In this document: one piece after another, positions 25,947 through 38,101 of the stretch | Layout: each line of letters starts with the position of its first letter | How positions within the stretch are numbered: the stretch's first letter is position 1 | NCBI GenBank assembly: GCA_050230475.1 | Contig: JBFLGF010000088.1 | Coordinates: forward strand, 1 to 62,292 | Source: Ancylonema sp. | Lineage: Eukaryota | Direction: 5' to 3' | Length of the DNA stretch: 62,292 nucleotides | Translations under genes and position numbers: made by a program | The notes under the pieces: model-generated | Told to the model about the DNA's origin: nothing | Seen by the model: the letters and a program-made list of their open reading frames with translations, nothing else | The model's database searches: none

Positions 25947-26650
25947 TATTGTCTTATTTGCTAATTGGAGCGTGAATGTTTACAATGCTATCAAATTCAC
26001 TCGCATGTAGTTTGTGAGATGCGATGGTCGTCCAAAGTAATGATCGTTCATTTCGCCCATCCACTTCAAGGCGTATGAGGCACATCTAAAGGAACGTTAA
26101 GGATTGTCGAAAAGTATAGATTCGGGCATGCGAGCCGTTGCCAACACCTATTGTCTTATTCGCCGATTTGAGTGTGAATATTTACAATAAATGGTTTGAT
26201 ATTCACTCGCATTTTGTATGTATTTTGTGAGATGCGATGGTTCTCAAAAGTAATGGGTGTTTACCTCATCCATCCATTTCAAGGCATATGAGGCACATTT
26301 AAAGGACCGTAAAGGATTGTCATGATGGGATGGTTTTGTCTTATCTTTCTTGTCGACAAGTATGGATTCGGGCATGCGAGCCGTTGACTTCAACAAAGGG
26401 AACACCTATTGTCTTATTTACATTTTGGAGTGTGAAAACTTACAATAAATGGAATCATATGCACTCGCATGTAGTTTGAGAGATGCGATGGCTGTCCAAA
26501 GCAATGATCGTTTACTTCGTCCATCCATTTGAAGGCAAATGAGGTTCATATAAAGGCACGTAAAGATTCATCGTGATGGGATGGTCTCGTCTTTGTTTTT
26601 TTGTAAACAAGTATGGATTCGGACAAGCATGCTACTATCTTTAACAAAGC
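25947..26650. repeat. Three diverged tandem copies of a 200-260 bp unit
   Basis: Units start at TATTGTCTTATT (25947, 26149, 26407) and share ACTCGCAT...GAGATGCGATGG...CCATCCA...GATTCGG. Confidence 0.85.
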
Positions 26651-28057
26651 CAATAAATCGAATATGGACACAAAAGAGTAGTCACATTTTTTTTTGGCCG
26701 ACATTGCACGTAAAGAGTTTATAATGTGCTTAACAATCACTGAAATACCTACTACCGGAAAAGCCCTCTGGAAGCCCTCTTGCTTGCGGTTCATAGCACA
26801 TGTTGTTTGCATTGCCAATAACTTGTTTTCCAATTGTTTGACTTTTAACAATATAAATACAAAATATTCATCCCCAAGACAACTATCTTGGACGATAAAG
26901 TTTGCGATTTGCAATTCGCAAAGTTTGCCTTTCAGAGACTCTACATTCCACGAGAGTCATCTTGGAAGGTCCCATGTCGACACCATCATCATCACTGGGC
27001 TCCCAATCTTGGCCACGACTCTATCCAATACCTGGATCGGCATGGCTCCGTCTCTGTCATCCGATGAAAGCGGGACGGGACGAGGATGGTTGGGATGGCA
27101 TTTAATATTCCTCCTCCATCGCGCTTTTCGGTGACGCATGAACGGGTTAATAGGACGAGAATGGCATGAAAATGGCCCGGTGTCAAACAGGGTTGAAAGC
27201 GTCACTACACGCCACGAATGACGGTGTATCACTTTTGGTTCCCCGAGTATTGCGCTACTCTTACATACCGCACGACTTTATTCACTTCGGAGGCACACAG
27301 AGGTTCTTATTGAACGCCCGGTAATGATCTATGTTTGTGTGGGAGTTTTGTTGTCTTTACATGTAAAAGAAAGCAAATGTCCATTCGAAGACACTAAGAT
27401 CGCTCCTTGACAAACATACAGAACGTACCAAAATCCACAACCGCAATATTATCTCACACTTACTAGCTAATCGATATTTGTTGTTTGTCACACACTTTAT
27501 TATAATATTATCTTTAGAAAAACCATAGTTGCACGAATCTGTCGTTTATATTCTGAAGTAACAGCGGAGAAGGGGTAGGAACGCAGCTCCTCATCACATA
27601 TTTTCATGTGCAAGAAGTGATGTGGCAACATCTTTGAGATGTATGTGTTGACTCGCATGATGGTGTCCAAATCCAGATATCTCTTACGTCAATCCGCAGT
27701 GCGACCATCGTAGGAGACGCCACGTGTAATTAGCCCAATTCGGCTCGTGCAACTAGAGCTAGAACAAACGGTAAGACATCCTTGCACGCTTAAATATTTT
27801 AGATTGTTGGCTTGCAAAACATCACGCGATCGTGCCACTTTTGTGGCATGCAAGCTTTTTGTTCGCCATTCCTTGAGGGCGCAATCACAAATACCAACCA
27901 CCGACATAATTGTGTCGTGCTAAACATCTTGGTTCTTATTGTGTCGACCCCGAATGTAGATACAGGGCTGTCTATTGTGCAATACTCAGACCCACGATAT
28001 AATCCTTCACATGATACACGCGCCTAGGGACCATAGGGACGTTTTCCATATCGAAAC

Positions 28058-30516
28058 CTACTTGCCTGTGAAAAAACTCCCCAGGCCCCATCTATTGACA
28101 GCCTTAGGAGCCGGAGTGGTTTTCCCATGTAGACTGGGGACCAGGATAAACTTCCCCGCCTCATCCATCACGATGGGCCTCACAGGCACTGCGTGGAAAG
28201 GGGGCGGAATTCGAGCCACGCGAGGGGCTGTTGACTTTCCGCCCCCCGGTGGCCTCAACGCCGACTGGTATGTGTCGAGGGCGTCGACCATATAAGGCAG
28301 GTCCACCTGCGATTGAACCACAAACAAGCAAGCGGGTTTTATCATTGCATTCAAACACCCATGCGGCAATGAAAGCGATGCGACAAGACACGAGACACGA
28401 GATCCGCATCCGTAAGACCTCCACTCTTCATTTTCGGCATCTTTCGATTCCATCGACTGTTTGCCTGCCAGCTGTCAGGACTGCGCTACTGATGAGGCTA
28501 CACTCGTGTCTGAGCGGGGAGCAAGCAGTGAGGTGTGAGGAGTGGTTGCCTGCGTCTGGGTTCCCTTTTTATTCTTCAGTGATATTTCCGCCACACGTGT
28601 CTCCAGCCCCTCCTCCGCCATCACCGACTCCAGACTCGCTTTTGCATGCACAAGGCAGCGCTGTGAGCGGCAGAAGACGGACAGAGCCTCCAGAGCTGCC
28701 ACCTCATCCTGCCCACCCATTGGCGAGAAACAAAAAGAGGGTCAACACACATTTGATGACTAGGAGAGGAAAGTTCCAGGAAATTGAGGGTCCGCTTCCA
28801 GGTACAGATCTTATTCAGAACAGACAGAGCCGCAATGACTGCCTCCCCAACTGGACCCCCATATACCAAAAACCCAAAACCCTTAACCCTAAATCCAGAA
28901 ACCCTACCTGTCTTTGGGCCTCCAGCTCCCCATACTGCTTCAGGGCTCCCGCGGCCTCCTCTGCTGCCCGACTGAACAGGACGTACGCCTCCGGAAGCTT
29001 CTTGGCGGCTGCATACGATTGTGCTACGTAGCGACACCTGGCAGCCTGTAGGGCTGACCACCTGGCTGCCAGCCACTGGCTGTGGTCCACCTCCTTCGCA
29101 CTCGCGTGCTCCGTGGCCAGGAGGTCCCTCAAGTCCACCGCGTTCTGCGCTGCAGGAGAGGTGCCGTGTCATTCCCCACTCCCTTCCCCCACCCCGCCCC
29201 ACCCCCACCTGCATGCATGTATCATGCATTCGGACTAGGTCTTCAGGTTTGGTCGGTTTCTCCTTCTCCCCCCCCCCCCCCATCCTGGCCTGCGCCTGCT
29301 GCACCAGGGCCAGGTTGCGGTCCAGCGTCCTTTCCAGCAGCAGCCCGCCTACCGCCCGCTCCAGAGCTGCCAGCCCCCCCCGCACATCCTCACTACTGCC
29401 CGCCACCACCTGCCCAGCCCACCACACGTTGAGGCGGCCCTGCCATACCCATGGCAGCCATTCCCCGCTGCCTCCCTCGTTACCATGTCCTTCCGAATCT
29501 CCTTCACAGCGTCTTGGTACGTGACGAACAGTTTATCGAACAGTCCCAACTGTCTCTCCCCCGCACTCTCCTGCCAGCGCCGCTTCCAGCTCCTGTGCTG
29601 CAACCCCAACCGCCCGCAACCGCTGACGTCAGCACATCCACCTTTTGTGTGTTGCTGACATGAGGTACGGGGGGCCCGTACCTTTCAGAATCTTCACCCT
29701 GGTGGCGGCATTGAGCACAGGAAGCTTCCTCCCCAGCCACTGCAGCTCTGACATGGTGGCTGCCTGCTGCGCCCGCGCCTCCTCCATCACTGCCTCCAGC
29801 TTCGCCTGGAGCAGCCCCAGCGGAGGGTTTTCTGTCCCTGGGGCTTGCAGGGCGGCTTCCCCCCCGGGTAGGTCCCCCAGCTGGGAGCGGCAGTAGCGCA
29901 TGTGCGGCTCCATCTCCTCCACCCTCTCGCGGCACAACACCTGGTGGGACACCTCGCCCACCTCGCCTAGCTGCTGGTAGACAGCTCTGGGGGGGAGGGA
30001 ACAGGGTTGGAACCGTGAGGGCACCAATATCGGTTGCGGGTGAGGGTTGAGGGTTGAGGGTTTGGGGAAGGGGTGCCTCACTTGACCCGAACGAACTTAG
30101 TGAGGGCGGTTTGGAGGTCGCTCTCCTTTTCCAGAAGCACTTGACCCCACATGTATGAGGCATAGGCCTGGAGACAAGGGGAGGAGAGTGGAGAGCAGTT
30201 GAGCTGGTATGCATCTCATTGTGTTCCGATAGTATTTGGATGGGCGATGATTGCAACTGCATGTTTGTGGATGTGCATGTGACATTCCGGGGTACATGTG
30301 GGCGGCAATGAGCACACCTCCGCTTCCAGCGCAGTCTTCGAATCCGCTTTCGCTGCACACAGGCGTGCGAAAAGGTCTCCCCAGCGAGCAGCCCGCGTGA
30401 TTCGACGGATGAGGTGCGCCCTTTTCCTGGATAGGTCGGGTCCAGTCTCGATGCTTTTCAGCTCCATGGCATAGGCCCACGCCCTCTCAGCCAGGTAGAG
30501 GGGTATGTGCAGGAAC
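28058..30516 (-). CDS. SRP68: Signal recognition particle subunit SRP68 (5' exons not found)
   Basis: FLHIPLYLAERAWAYAMELK, ADSKTALEAE-AYASYM, AVYQQLG...LCRERVEEMEPHMRYC, KPEDLVRMHD, and C-terminal PPPFHAVPVRPIVMDEA. Confidence 0.92.
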
Positions 30517-30784
30517 CTGAGGGGGGGCATGAGGGGGACGCGTGTCAATGATGTCATGTCAATGATGGTGAGTTTTGCCTGAGGGAGTGAGGGAGTGAGG
30601 GAATGTGCCTGTATCGAGATGAGTTGTAAGTAGGTGTGCTGTTATAGATAGTGAGTGCAACAGGTATGACAGGGAAGTTTGGTAATAGGTAGGAGGTAGG
30701 AGGTTCAAGTATAGTCCCTTGCATGGAGGCGGCATATGAGCAGAGGATACTTGAGACGTGTGCTGTTATTCATGGGATTCCAAC

Positions 30785-31295
30785 GCGGTCTTCGAATCCG
30801 CTTTGTGCCGCACAAAGGTGTGCGAACAGGTCTCCCCAGCGAGCAGCCCGCGTGATTCGACGAATGAGGTGCGCCCTTTTCCTGGACAGGTCGGGTCCAG
30901 TCTCGATGCGATTTTCAGCTCCATGGCGTAGGCAATACCACGCCCTCTTCAGCCAGGACCAACCATAGAGGGGTATGTGTAGGAACCTGACGGGGTGGCA
31001 TGAGGGACAGTACGCGGTGATGTCAATGATGGTGAGTATTGCATGAGGGAGTGAGGGAGGGAAGCAATGTGCCTGTATCGAGATGAGTTGCGAGTAGGTG
31101 TGCTTTTATGGATAGTGAGTGCGACAGGTATGACAGGGGAATGTGGTAAGAGGTTTTTTTGGGCATTTTTTTAAAGATGGGGTGAACCGTTTTTTAGGTA
31201 CCATTTTAGGGTAGGAGGTAGGAGGTTCATTTCCAGTATAGTCTGTTGCATGGAGGAAGGTTGATACGAGCAGAGGATACTTGATGACGTGTGCT
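30785..31295 (-). pseudogene. Diverged tandem copy of an SRP68 exon plus its upstream intron
   Basis: Repeats about 30330-30765 with substitutions, frameshifting indels and an extra insertion near 31150-31210. Confidence 0.8.
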
Positions 31296-31309
31296 GTCAT
31301 TTGTTGGGA

Positions 31310-31470
31310 TGAATTGTATATTATTGAAAAACGACGGGAACCCCATCTCACAAGAAGTTAAAAAGAAACTACATATCCTTAAAAACGACAAATATGTGAG
31401 CCGATCTATAGTCTTGTGGATAGACAAAACTAGCAACGCAACTCCGAAGAAGAAAGTGGAACGCCATGGG
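31310..31470 (-). mobile_element. 3' UTR fragment of the CRE-like element
   Basis: GAATTGTATATTATTGAAAAACGACGGGAACCCCATCTC...ACTCCGAAGAAGAAAGTGGAACGC matches 32727-32882. Confidence 0.8.
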
Positions 31471-32099
31471 GAGGAAACGAAGAGACTTGTACAGGCGGCG
31501 AAGGCGATGCCACCCATTGCAATACGTTCTAAAAAGAATAAGGAGGGCAAGGAAATATAATTAAGATAAGGTGTCTGCAAGTGTAGATTACGATCGAGGA
31601 ACTTCCTCGGAAGCTTCCTAGAAAGCAGAGGCCCCAGAAGAAAATGCATTATGCAGCCTCGTGAAAACACGCCACTCCTAAATCCTGGTATGTTTTGCAT
31701 CTTGGGACCGAGATCAGATGCAATATTGCAGACGATGGCAAATGTGACATCCTCTAGACCAATACTACTGACATAAAACCAATTGCCACTTTAAATAACC
31801 TGTGACCAACCATACATGAACTTTCGTAAAAGTCTGTGTTCAAAGAAACACGTGAAACGCGTTCCTGTGTGATAGATACTCCAAATGCAGCAAAGGAGCA
31901 GTACGGAAACCAGATAGAGGGGCCAGTAAGTGCATGGCATGAGTTCTACCCTTCATATTGCTCGCGTGCTACTGTTCAATCTGCTTCACGTATCTAAGCC
32001 TGACATGATGCGGCATACTCGGTAATCGCTTAGTAAGTCGTTGTATTGAGCTGGAGCGTGCCGCTTGAGCCTTCATGATCTCGTCGCTGCCACAGATGC

Positions 32100-32385
32100 G
32101 GAGCGAAGGAAGGAAACCCACTATTGGAATCGCGCAGCCGGGACGAAATTTTCTTTGCTCTTAAGACGTACGGTGCATTGTCTGATAGATCGGATCGATT
32201 TTTGGTCGAGTGTGCCACGTTAGCTTCTAGGGAGTGTGCAGGATCAAGGCCCTCCATTAGCTTGTTGTGCACATGGTTCCGTCAGAGAGTGTCGATTGCA
32301 TTGCAACGGTCGCTAGCACATGCGATCATGCTAGAACCCTACTTCTAGAGCAATCCATGGCCTTGTTACCTCCCCCCACCAATGC
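32100..32385 (+). mobile_element. CRE/SLACS-like non-LTR retroelement 3' coding remnant
   Basis: FALKTYGALSDRSDRFLVECATLAS...WFRQRVSIALQRSLAHAI, the typical C-terminal end of an RLE-type ORF. Confidence 0.7.
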
Positions 32386-32726
32386 TAGGCAGCACATGGG
32401 CATATTCTTCACAATTTAAAGATGTCGGGTTACAATTCCACGGGAATTTAGCGTCCCTGTATGATATGTACCATTGATCATAAATGCAGGGCTTTCGAGG
32501 GCACTGCCAGAGGATCCGGAGTGTCCTCCGTTTCCATCGCCTCCGTGGCCATGCAGACCAATCAAGAAACTTCCAAAATTTTGCGGTATGAATGGAGGGA
32601 GTCGGATGCCGATCGTGAAGACATTGCATTGTCAGGAGGCCTGCGAAATGACCCTGCAAAGAATTCGCTGCCCCGTTATGCGTGAGTCCGTAATTCAATT
32701 TTTGTTGTATTGGTACTGTACGGATT

Positions 32727-33190
32727 GAATTGTATATTATTGAAAAACGACGGGAACCCCATCTCATTACAAGAATTCGCTTGTAAAGAAACTACATATC
32801 CTTAAAAACGACAAATATGTGAGCCGATCGTACCAGACAAAACTAGCAACAATATACAACTCCGAAGAAGAAAGTGGAACGCGCGGTGGTGGGGGAGGTA
32901 ACAAGGCCATGGATTAACCCCAGCCTGTATTATATGCACTGTTGAACCAAGCTCTAGGCGTAGGGTTCCAGCATGTATCGCATGTGCTAGCGACCGTTGC
33001 AATGTAATCGACACTCTCTGACGGCACCATGTGCACAACAAGCTAATGGAGGGCCCTGATCCTGCACATTCTCTAGATGCTAACGTTGCACACTCGACCA
33101 AAAATCGATCCGACCTATGTGACAATGCATCGTATGTCTCAAGGGCAAAGGGCAAATTTTTTGTTCCAGCTGCGCGATCCCGATAGTGGG
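32727..33190 (-). mobile_element. 5'-truncated CRE/SLACS-like copy with 3' UTR
   Basis: PFALETYDALSHRSDRFLVECAT...RQRVSITLQRSLAHAIHA followed by the shared 3' UTR; inverted relative to the 32100 copy. Confidence 0.75.
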
Positions 33191-33201
33191 TTTGTTAAAG
33201 C

Positions 33202-33300
33202 GAATTGCGTATTATTGAAAAACGACGGGAACCCCATCTCATTACAAGAACGTAGGCACGTTCTTGTAATGAGATGGATGTAAAGAAACTACATATCCTA
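33202..33300 (-). mobile_element. Additional 3' UTR fragment with a perfect hairpin
   Basis: Same TTATTGAAAAACGACGGGAACCCCATCTC motif as the neighbouring copies. Confidence 0.75.
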
Positions 33301-33675
33301 AAAAGAGGACAGTAAGGTTCTTACTAAAATAAAGTTAGTTGGAGATCTTAGTTTCGTTGGCCAACAATGCGTAATTGGATCGGGAGTGTCTCCCACACGT
33401 GTGATCACATCTATTACATCAGCATGTTTTATGACGTCATAACTAGTCATAGGCACCAAATCGCCCTTTTTTGTCGGCCTCAAACGCGGTGTGCTATGGC
33501 AGGACCACCTTGCCTAAAACGAAGAGGATTTGGGTGGGGAAATGTGGTACACGCGATTGATCCTATAACGAGTGTGCCTATAACGAGTATTTACTGGTTG
33601 TATTGTTGGATTGGTATTGTACAGCAGTTTTGCTAGTTTTGTCTAATACGATCGCCTCCTTGGGGGGGGACATAT

Positions 33676-33757
33676 TTGAGGATGTGTAGTTTCTTTACAA
33701 GCACGTTCTTGTAATGAGAATTGAGAATTCCCGTCGGTTTTCAATAATATACAATTC
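33676..33757 (+). mobile_element. Additional 3' UTR fragment, opposite orientation
   Basis: GGATGTGTAGTTTCTTTACAAGCACGTTCTTGTAATGAG...CCCGTCGGTTTTCAATAATATACAATTC. Confidence 0.75.
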
Positions 33758-34816
33758 TCTCGGTAGGGTTCAGAAAAAAAAGGAAAAAAAAAGATGGGGA
33801 ATGGGTGAAAATGTCGTGATCCTAATTTGACTTACGTGTCATCCGTACCTGACATATGAACAACTGGCGATCTGGTGACCAGATGCTTGCTCGAGCGCGC
33901 AAGAGTTTTGAGAACCAATATGGTTCCAGGAAAGGTCAACCCTGCACGATGACCACGCAGCTCCGCACTTTCTGCTGCTTGGTGACAGGTGCCATTCAAA
34001 AAGAGTGCGTGTCAAGTCAGAGACCACATAGGCGCACTCGTTATAGGCCCAGCCTGTATTATGCACCGGTGAACCAAGCGAGTGCTTCAAAGCGTCGTAA
34101 AAGCAAGCGTTTTCGTTGGCTTCAGAGACCACGCGAAAGGAAATTATCCAGCGATCACATCGGACGGCTCAATTGTTCCTCCATGGCCAATATATATGTG
34201 TGCCAAATGTCCAAATGACAATCATGCAACATTTCCAGTTCTCCGAATGACTTGCATGCTCTCATGCTCTCTGTCAGTGCGTGTCTTTCCTGCGACACAA
34301 TCCTGGGACCCCATACAGTAAGTCACTTCAGAGGACCATATTTCGGACGTAGCCGTGCCGAAAATTCTGGGGCAGGGATCATAACGCAAGGGCAAGTAGG
34401 AATGGAGTTTTTTCTGCCGCGGACACTCGTCAACCGTTCGACATGGCATCGCTGAAAGCAAACTGGTTAGACGCTGCCCTGATTTTTTCAACACTGATGG
34501 GGCTATGGGGCGATGGGGCTGTCGTTTTTTTCTGTAAATTCATGTTACTCTTCTTTGCGAAGTATGGCTACCTATCTTTGCGGTATGAAATTCTCGTTCT
34601 TGAAAAAGTCTATGGATTTCATGTAAGTCTCCCAGTTGGTACACCCTTTGGTTTCTGACCCGGCAGTGTCAAATGTATTGTCAACATCGGTGACACTCAT
34701 GAGGACATCTAAATTCATGGTGGAAGGGATCGGACAAGTCATCGGGAATTTGTAGACTCATTAGCACTCGGTTGAACATGTGCCACATGCCCTATCGCAG
34801 GTCGTCTCCTCCTCGC

Positions 34817-37800
34817 ATGAATCCGCGTGTGACGGAGGAGCATGAGTCTGGAAGTCCTTTGTATGCTCGGACCCGAGCGACAGGTGTACTGAGCACTACG
34901 AGTCTTTTCGGCCCATTGCGTCCCTTCACGTTGCCTTCAGTGACACCAGCTGTTCATCCCTCGGCCAACAGTCATTTGACACCTGGCGACTTCCAAAACG
35001 CAGCAGACTTCACTTTGCCGACATCCTTGGAAGGTCTTTACTTGGGTTCTTTTTCATCCCATGGCGAAGTTGGCCCTGAAGAAATCTTCAGAGGAGGTGT
35101 CAGCACCGGCAACGGCATTTCTGGACACCATGGTAACGTTGTGGAAGAAAAGAAACACGGAACAGATGCTTTGCCTGTTCCGACAAGCCATCAACCGCAC
35201 CCTGCATCCCCTCCAGAGGCCTTAGCCCAGCATAATTTCCGAGCATTCTCAGAACCATCCCTTCCCATCCCTCATCTATCCGACCTCTCTGATGGCACAG
35301 AAACAAGGTCGTTAGGCAGCAACGCCCTCAGTTTTGGTCGCATAAGCCTCAATCCCAACGCGTCGGAATTTGTTCCCGGCGGTCCAAAACCCGATTCCCT
35401 CACTCTGAGCCCCACCGACATCTCTACTCAGCAGCGCCGTGCAGCCAGTCCCCAACTCCCCCCCTCCAAACCCGCCACTCACCTCATTTCAAAGTCATTA
35501 TCGGGCATCTCCACCCAATCAGATGAGGAGTACAAGCGGTACTGGCAGGACCACCTTCCAGACGAGCTCATCACCTTCGAGGACCAGGTGGCAGAGGACC
35601 ATAGGCTCCCCCCTGAATGCACCGACATAGGACCCCCCCTTGACCCCCCCATAGGATACCATACGGGGGGGTTTCTGGATGGGGGTTATACGACACAAGA
35701 AATCCCCTCCTCTCTCCTTCCTGATTCGCCACGTGGGGTGGGGGGAGGCTGGGGACAAAGCATGAGCCCCCACCCCCAGCCTTTGAGCCCCGTTCTGCCG
35801 GGTATCAATGGGCCACCCCCCCTCAGTCCTGCCGGCTATATTTCCAGGTTCAGCCCACATCCGAGTCCGCTGTTGGGCCCTCACTCTCCCTACAACCAAC
35901 CCCCCTCTCCGGGAGCGGGACGAGGCAGGTTTCATTCGAGAGGGGCCCCCTTGAGTCCCATGGAGTACAGACCAGGAGGCCCTCCCCCCCCCTTCGAGCT
36001 GCCCCCGGGGCCGACAGGTGTCCGTGAGAGATCGTTTGTGCCTCCTTGGGGGGGGGAGGGGTATGAGGTGGGGGATGAGGCTTTTGAGGATCCGGTAGCG
36101 ATTCTGGCGGCCCAGGTCCCAAACTTTTCGGTCGACACCCTGGCAGACCTGTTTTTTGGAACTGGCGGGGATCTGCACATCACCCTCGAAATGCTGGCGC
36201 AGCTGGAGGTAAAGGAGATGCGTGGGTGGCAGGATTGGTGGAGTGAGAGGGTGGACGTGGAGGGCTGTATGCTTACTCTCAGATTCCCCCCCCCCCCTTC
36301 CCTTGCAGCTCCAGGAAGAAGGCGCCCGGTCCCCTCGCTACCCCCCCGCCCCCCCACTCACGTCCCTGGACTTCCCAGCCCTAACATCGGACGGCCACGG
36401 GGGCGTCATGCCTTCTCTTTGCACCCCCTCCCAGCCGCCTCTCGATGGGCACCCCCGTCGAATAGAGGATGGGCGGCGTAGCCCCTTTCAGGCGAACAAC
36501 GGACGAGGAGGAGGAGGAAGAGGAGGAGGAGGAGGAGGAGGAGGTGGGGGGAAGGACTTTGCAGCGGCTGTGAGGAAGCACGGGCAGCAGTCGCAGTGGC
36601 AGTACGAGCACGGGCCAGGAGGGGGCATGGAGAGGGAGGAGAGGGTGATGGCGCAGCTGGGGAGGGCGGGAGGGCGGCTGGGGACGCATAGGGGGGAGGG
36701 GAGGGACATGCTGGGGGGGGGAGGGGGCAGGCAGCAGCCGTGGCTAGAGACAGGAGATGCTGTAGGTGAGTCTCGAAGCAGACAGCAGTGTGGACTGTTG
36801 TCCGAGGAGACGAGTAGGCTTGGAGGCTTGGAGGCTTGGAGTCCCGGGGACAAGGTCGGACTCAGGGGGTTTGTGTGGGTTTTCGTTGCAGGCCATTTGT
36901 ACGCAGAGCTGCGAGAGGATGCCCGAGACCATGCCAGGGTTCGCAACCTCTACTTTGAGCAGGTGAGCGAGCACCCCCCTTCAAAGGGTACATGCGCGGA
37001 ATTGAGGATTGAGGGGGAGTGGATTCAGTCTTATTCTTCGAGCGATGCCATGAAAAGGGGGGTCCAATTGGCTGAGCTGTGTGGGGACATGGGGGTTTGG
37101 GGTTTTTCCCGCCAGGCTACCAAGGCCTACCTGAAGGGCAATAAGGCGGAGGCCAAAGAGTTGGGAGCCAATGGGCAGTATCACAACGCCCAGATGAAGG
37201 CTGCGCATGACAAGGCAGGGGAGGCTATCTTTAGGCAGAGGTACAGAAGGAAGGGGGGGGGGGGGGGAGGTGCATGGAAGGTGCCGAGGGAGTTGGCACA
37301 AGGGTGAAACTGCTGACCCCTGTGGTGTGTAGATGCGATTGAGGTTTAAGGGTTGGTGGGGACTCATTGGAGGACAAGATGGCAGTATTCAAAAGATGCT
37401 GCTTGCTGTCTTCATGTGGGGCACTACTGGATCGTTCTGCCATTCTCCCTTTTGCCATTCTGCCATTCTGCCGCTGCACTGCGTGGGGTAGCTGCTTTCA
37501 ATCGCAGTGTTTCTGGAGCTGTCGGATTCAAACCGAGTTTCGTGGTTCGAAGGGGATCCCAACCAGCGTGTGACACCTGTCTCTGAGTCGATCTCGGGAT
37601 GGGATCTCTCCGCAGGAACATGGCATCCGGGTACTTGACAGGTGGCAGCCGGGGAGAGAGCGGAGGCCACCGAGTCCTTGACCTGCACGGCCTCCATGTG
37701 AACGAGGCGATCTCCATACTGCGGAGGGAGCTGGCGGGCCTCAAGAGGGCGGCCAGAACCACGGGGCAGAGGCAGCAGGTCAGGCAGCTGGGGGCAGGTG

Positions 37801-38101
37801 GGGGCAGCTGTGTGAAGGACGGTGATGATGATGATGCTGATGCTGATGCTGATACTGTTGTTCATGATGGTGCTGGTGATGGTGAGGGTGATAGTGTTTT
37901 GAGTGATTTGGGGGTGAGGAGCTGATGTGTGGTGTGAGGCGTTTTTCGGGTGGGCAGATAATGGTGTGTGTGGGCACTGGGCATCATACCAAGGGGCGGG
38001 CCCCACCCCGTCTGTCCACAGCAGTTGAGAGGTTGCTGTCGGAGGAGGAGGGGCTGCCCTTCAGCGAAACGCAGCCTGGGATGCTGCATGTCTTTGTGTG
38101 A
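34817..38101 (+). CDS. CID7: PAM2-CUE-DUF1771-Smr protein (CID7-like)
   Basis: PAM2 SLNPNASEFVP; CUE-like DPVAILAAQVPNFSVDTLADLF; PWLETGDAV...ARDHARVRNLYFEQA; Smr LDLHGLHVNEAI...VGTGHHTKG...QPGMLHV*. Confidence 0.9.

Noticed and set aside
26546..27232. Short ORFs that might be a transposase remnant
   Set aside because: No motif I can recognise; the frames are interrupted by stops.
34400..34660. Short upstream ORFs before the CID7-like CDS
   Set aside because: No evidence of conservation or of inclusion in the transcript from the sequence alone.
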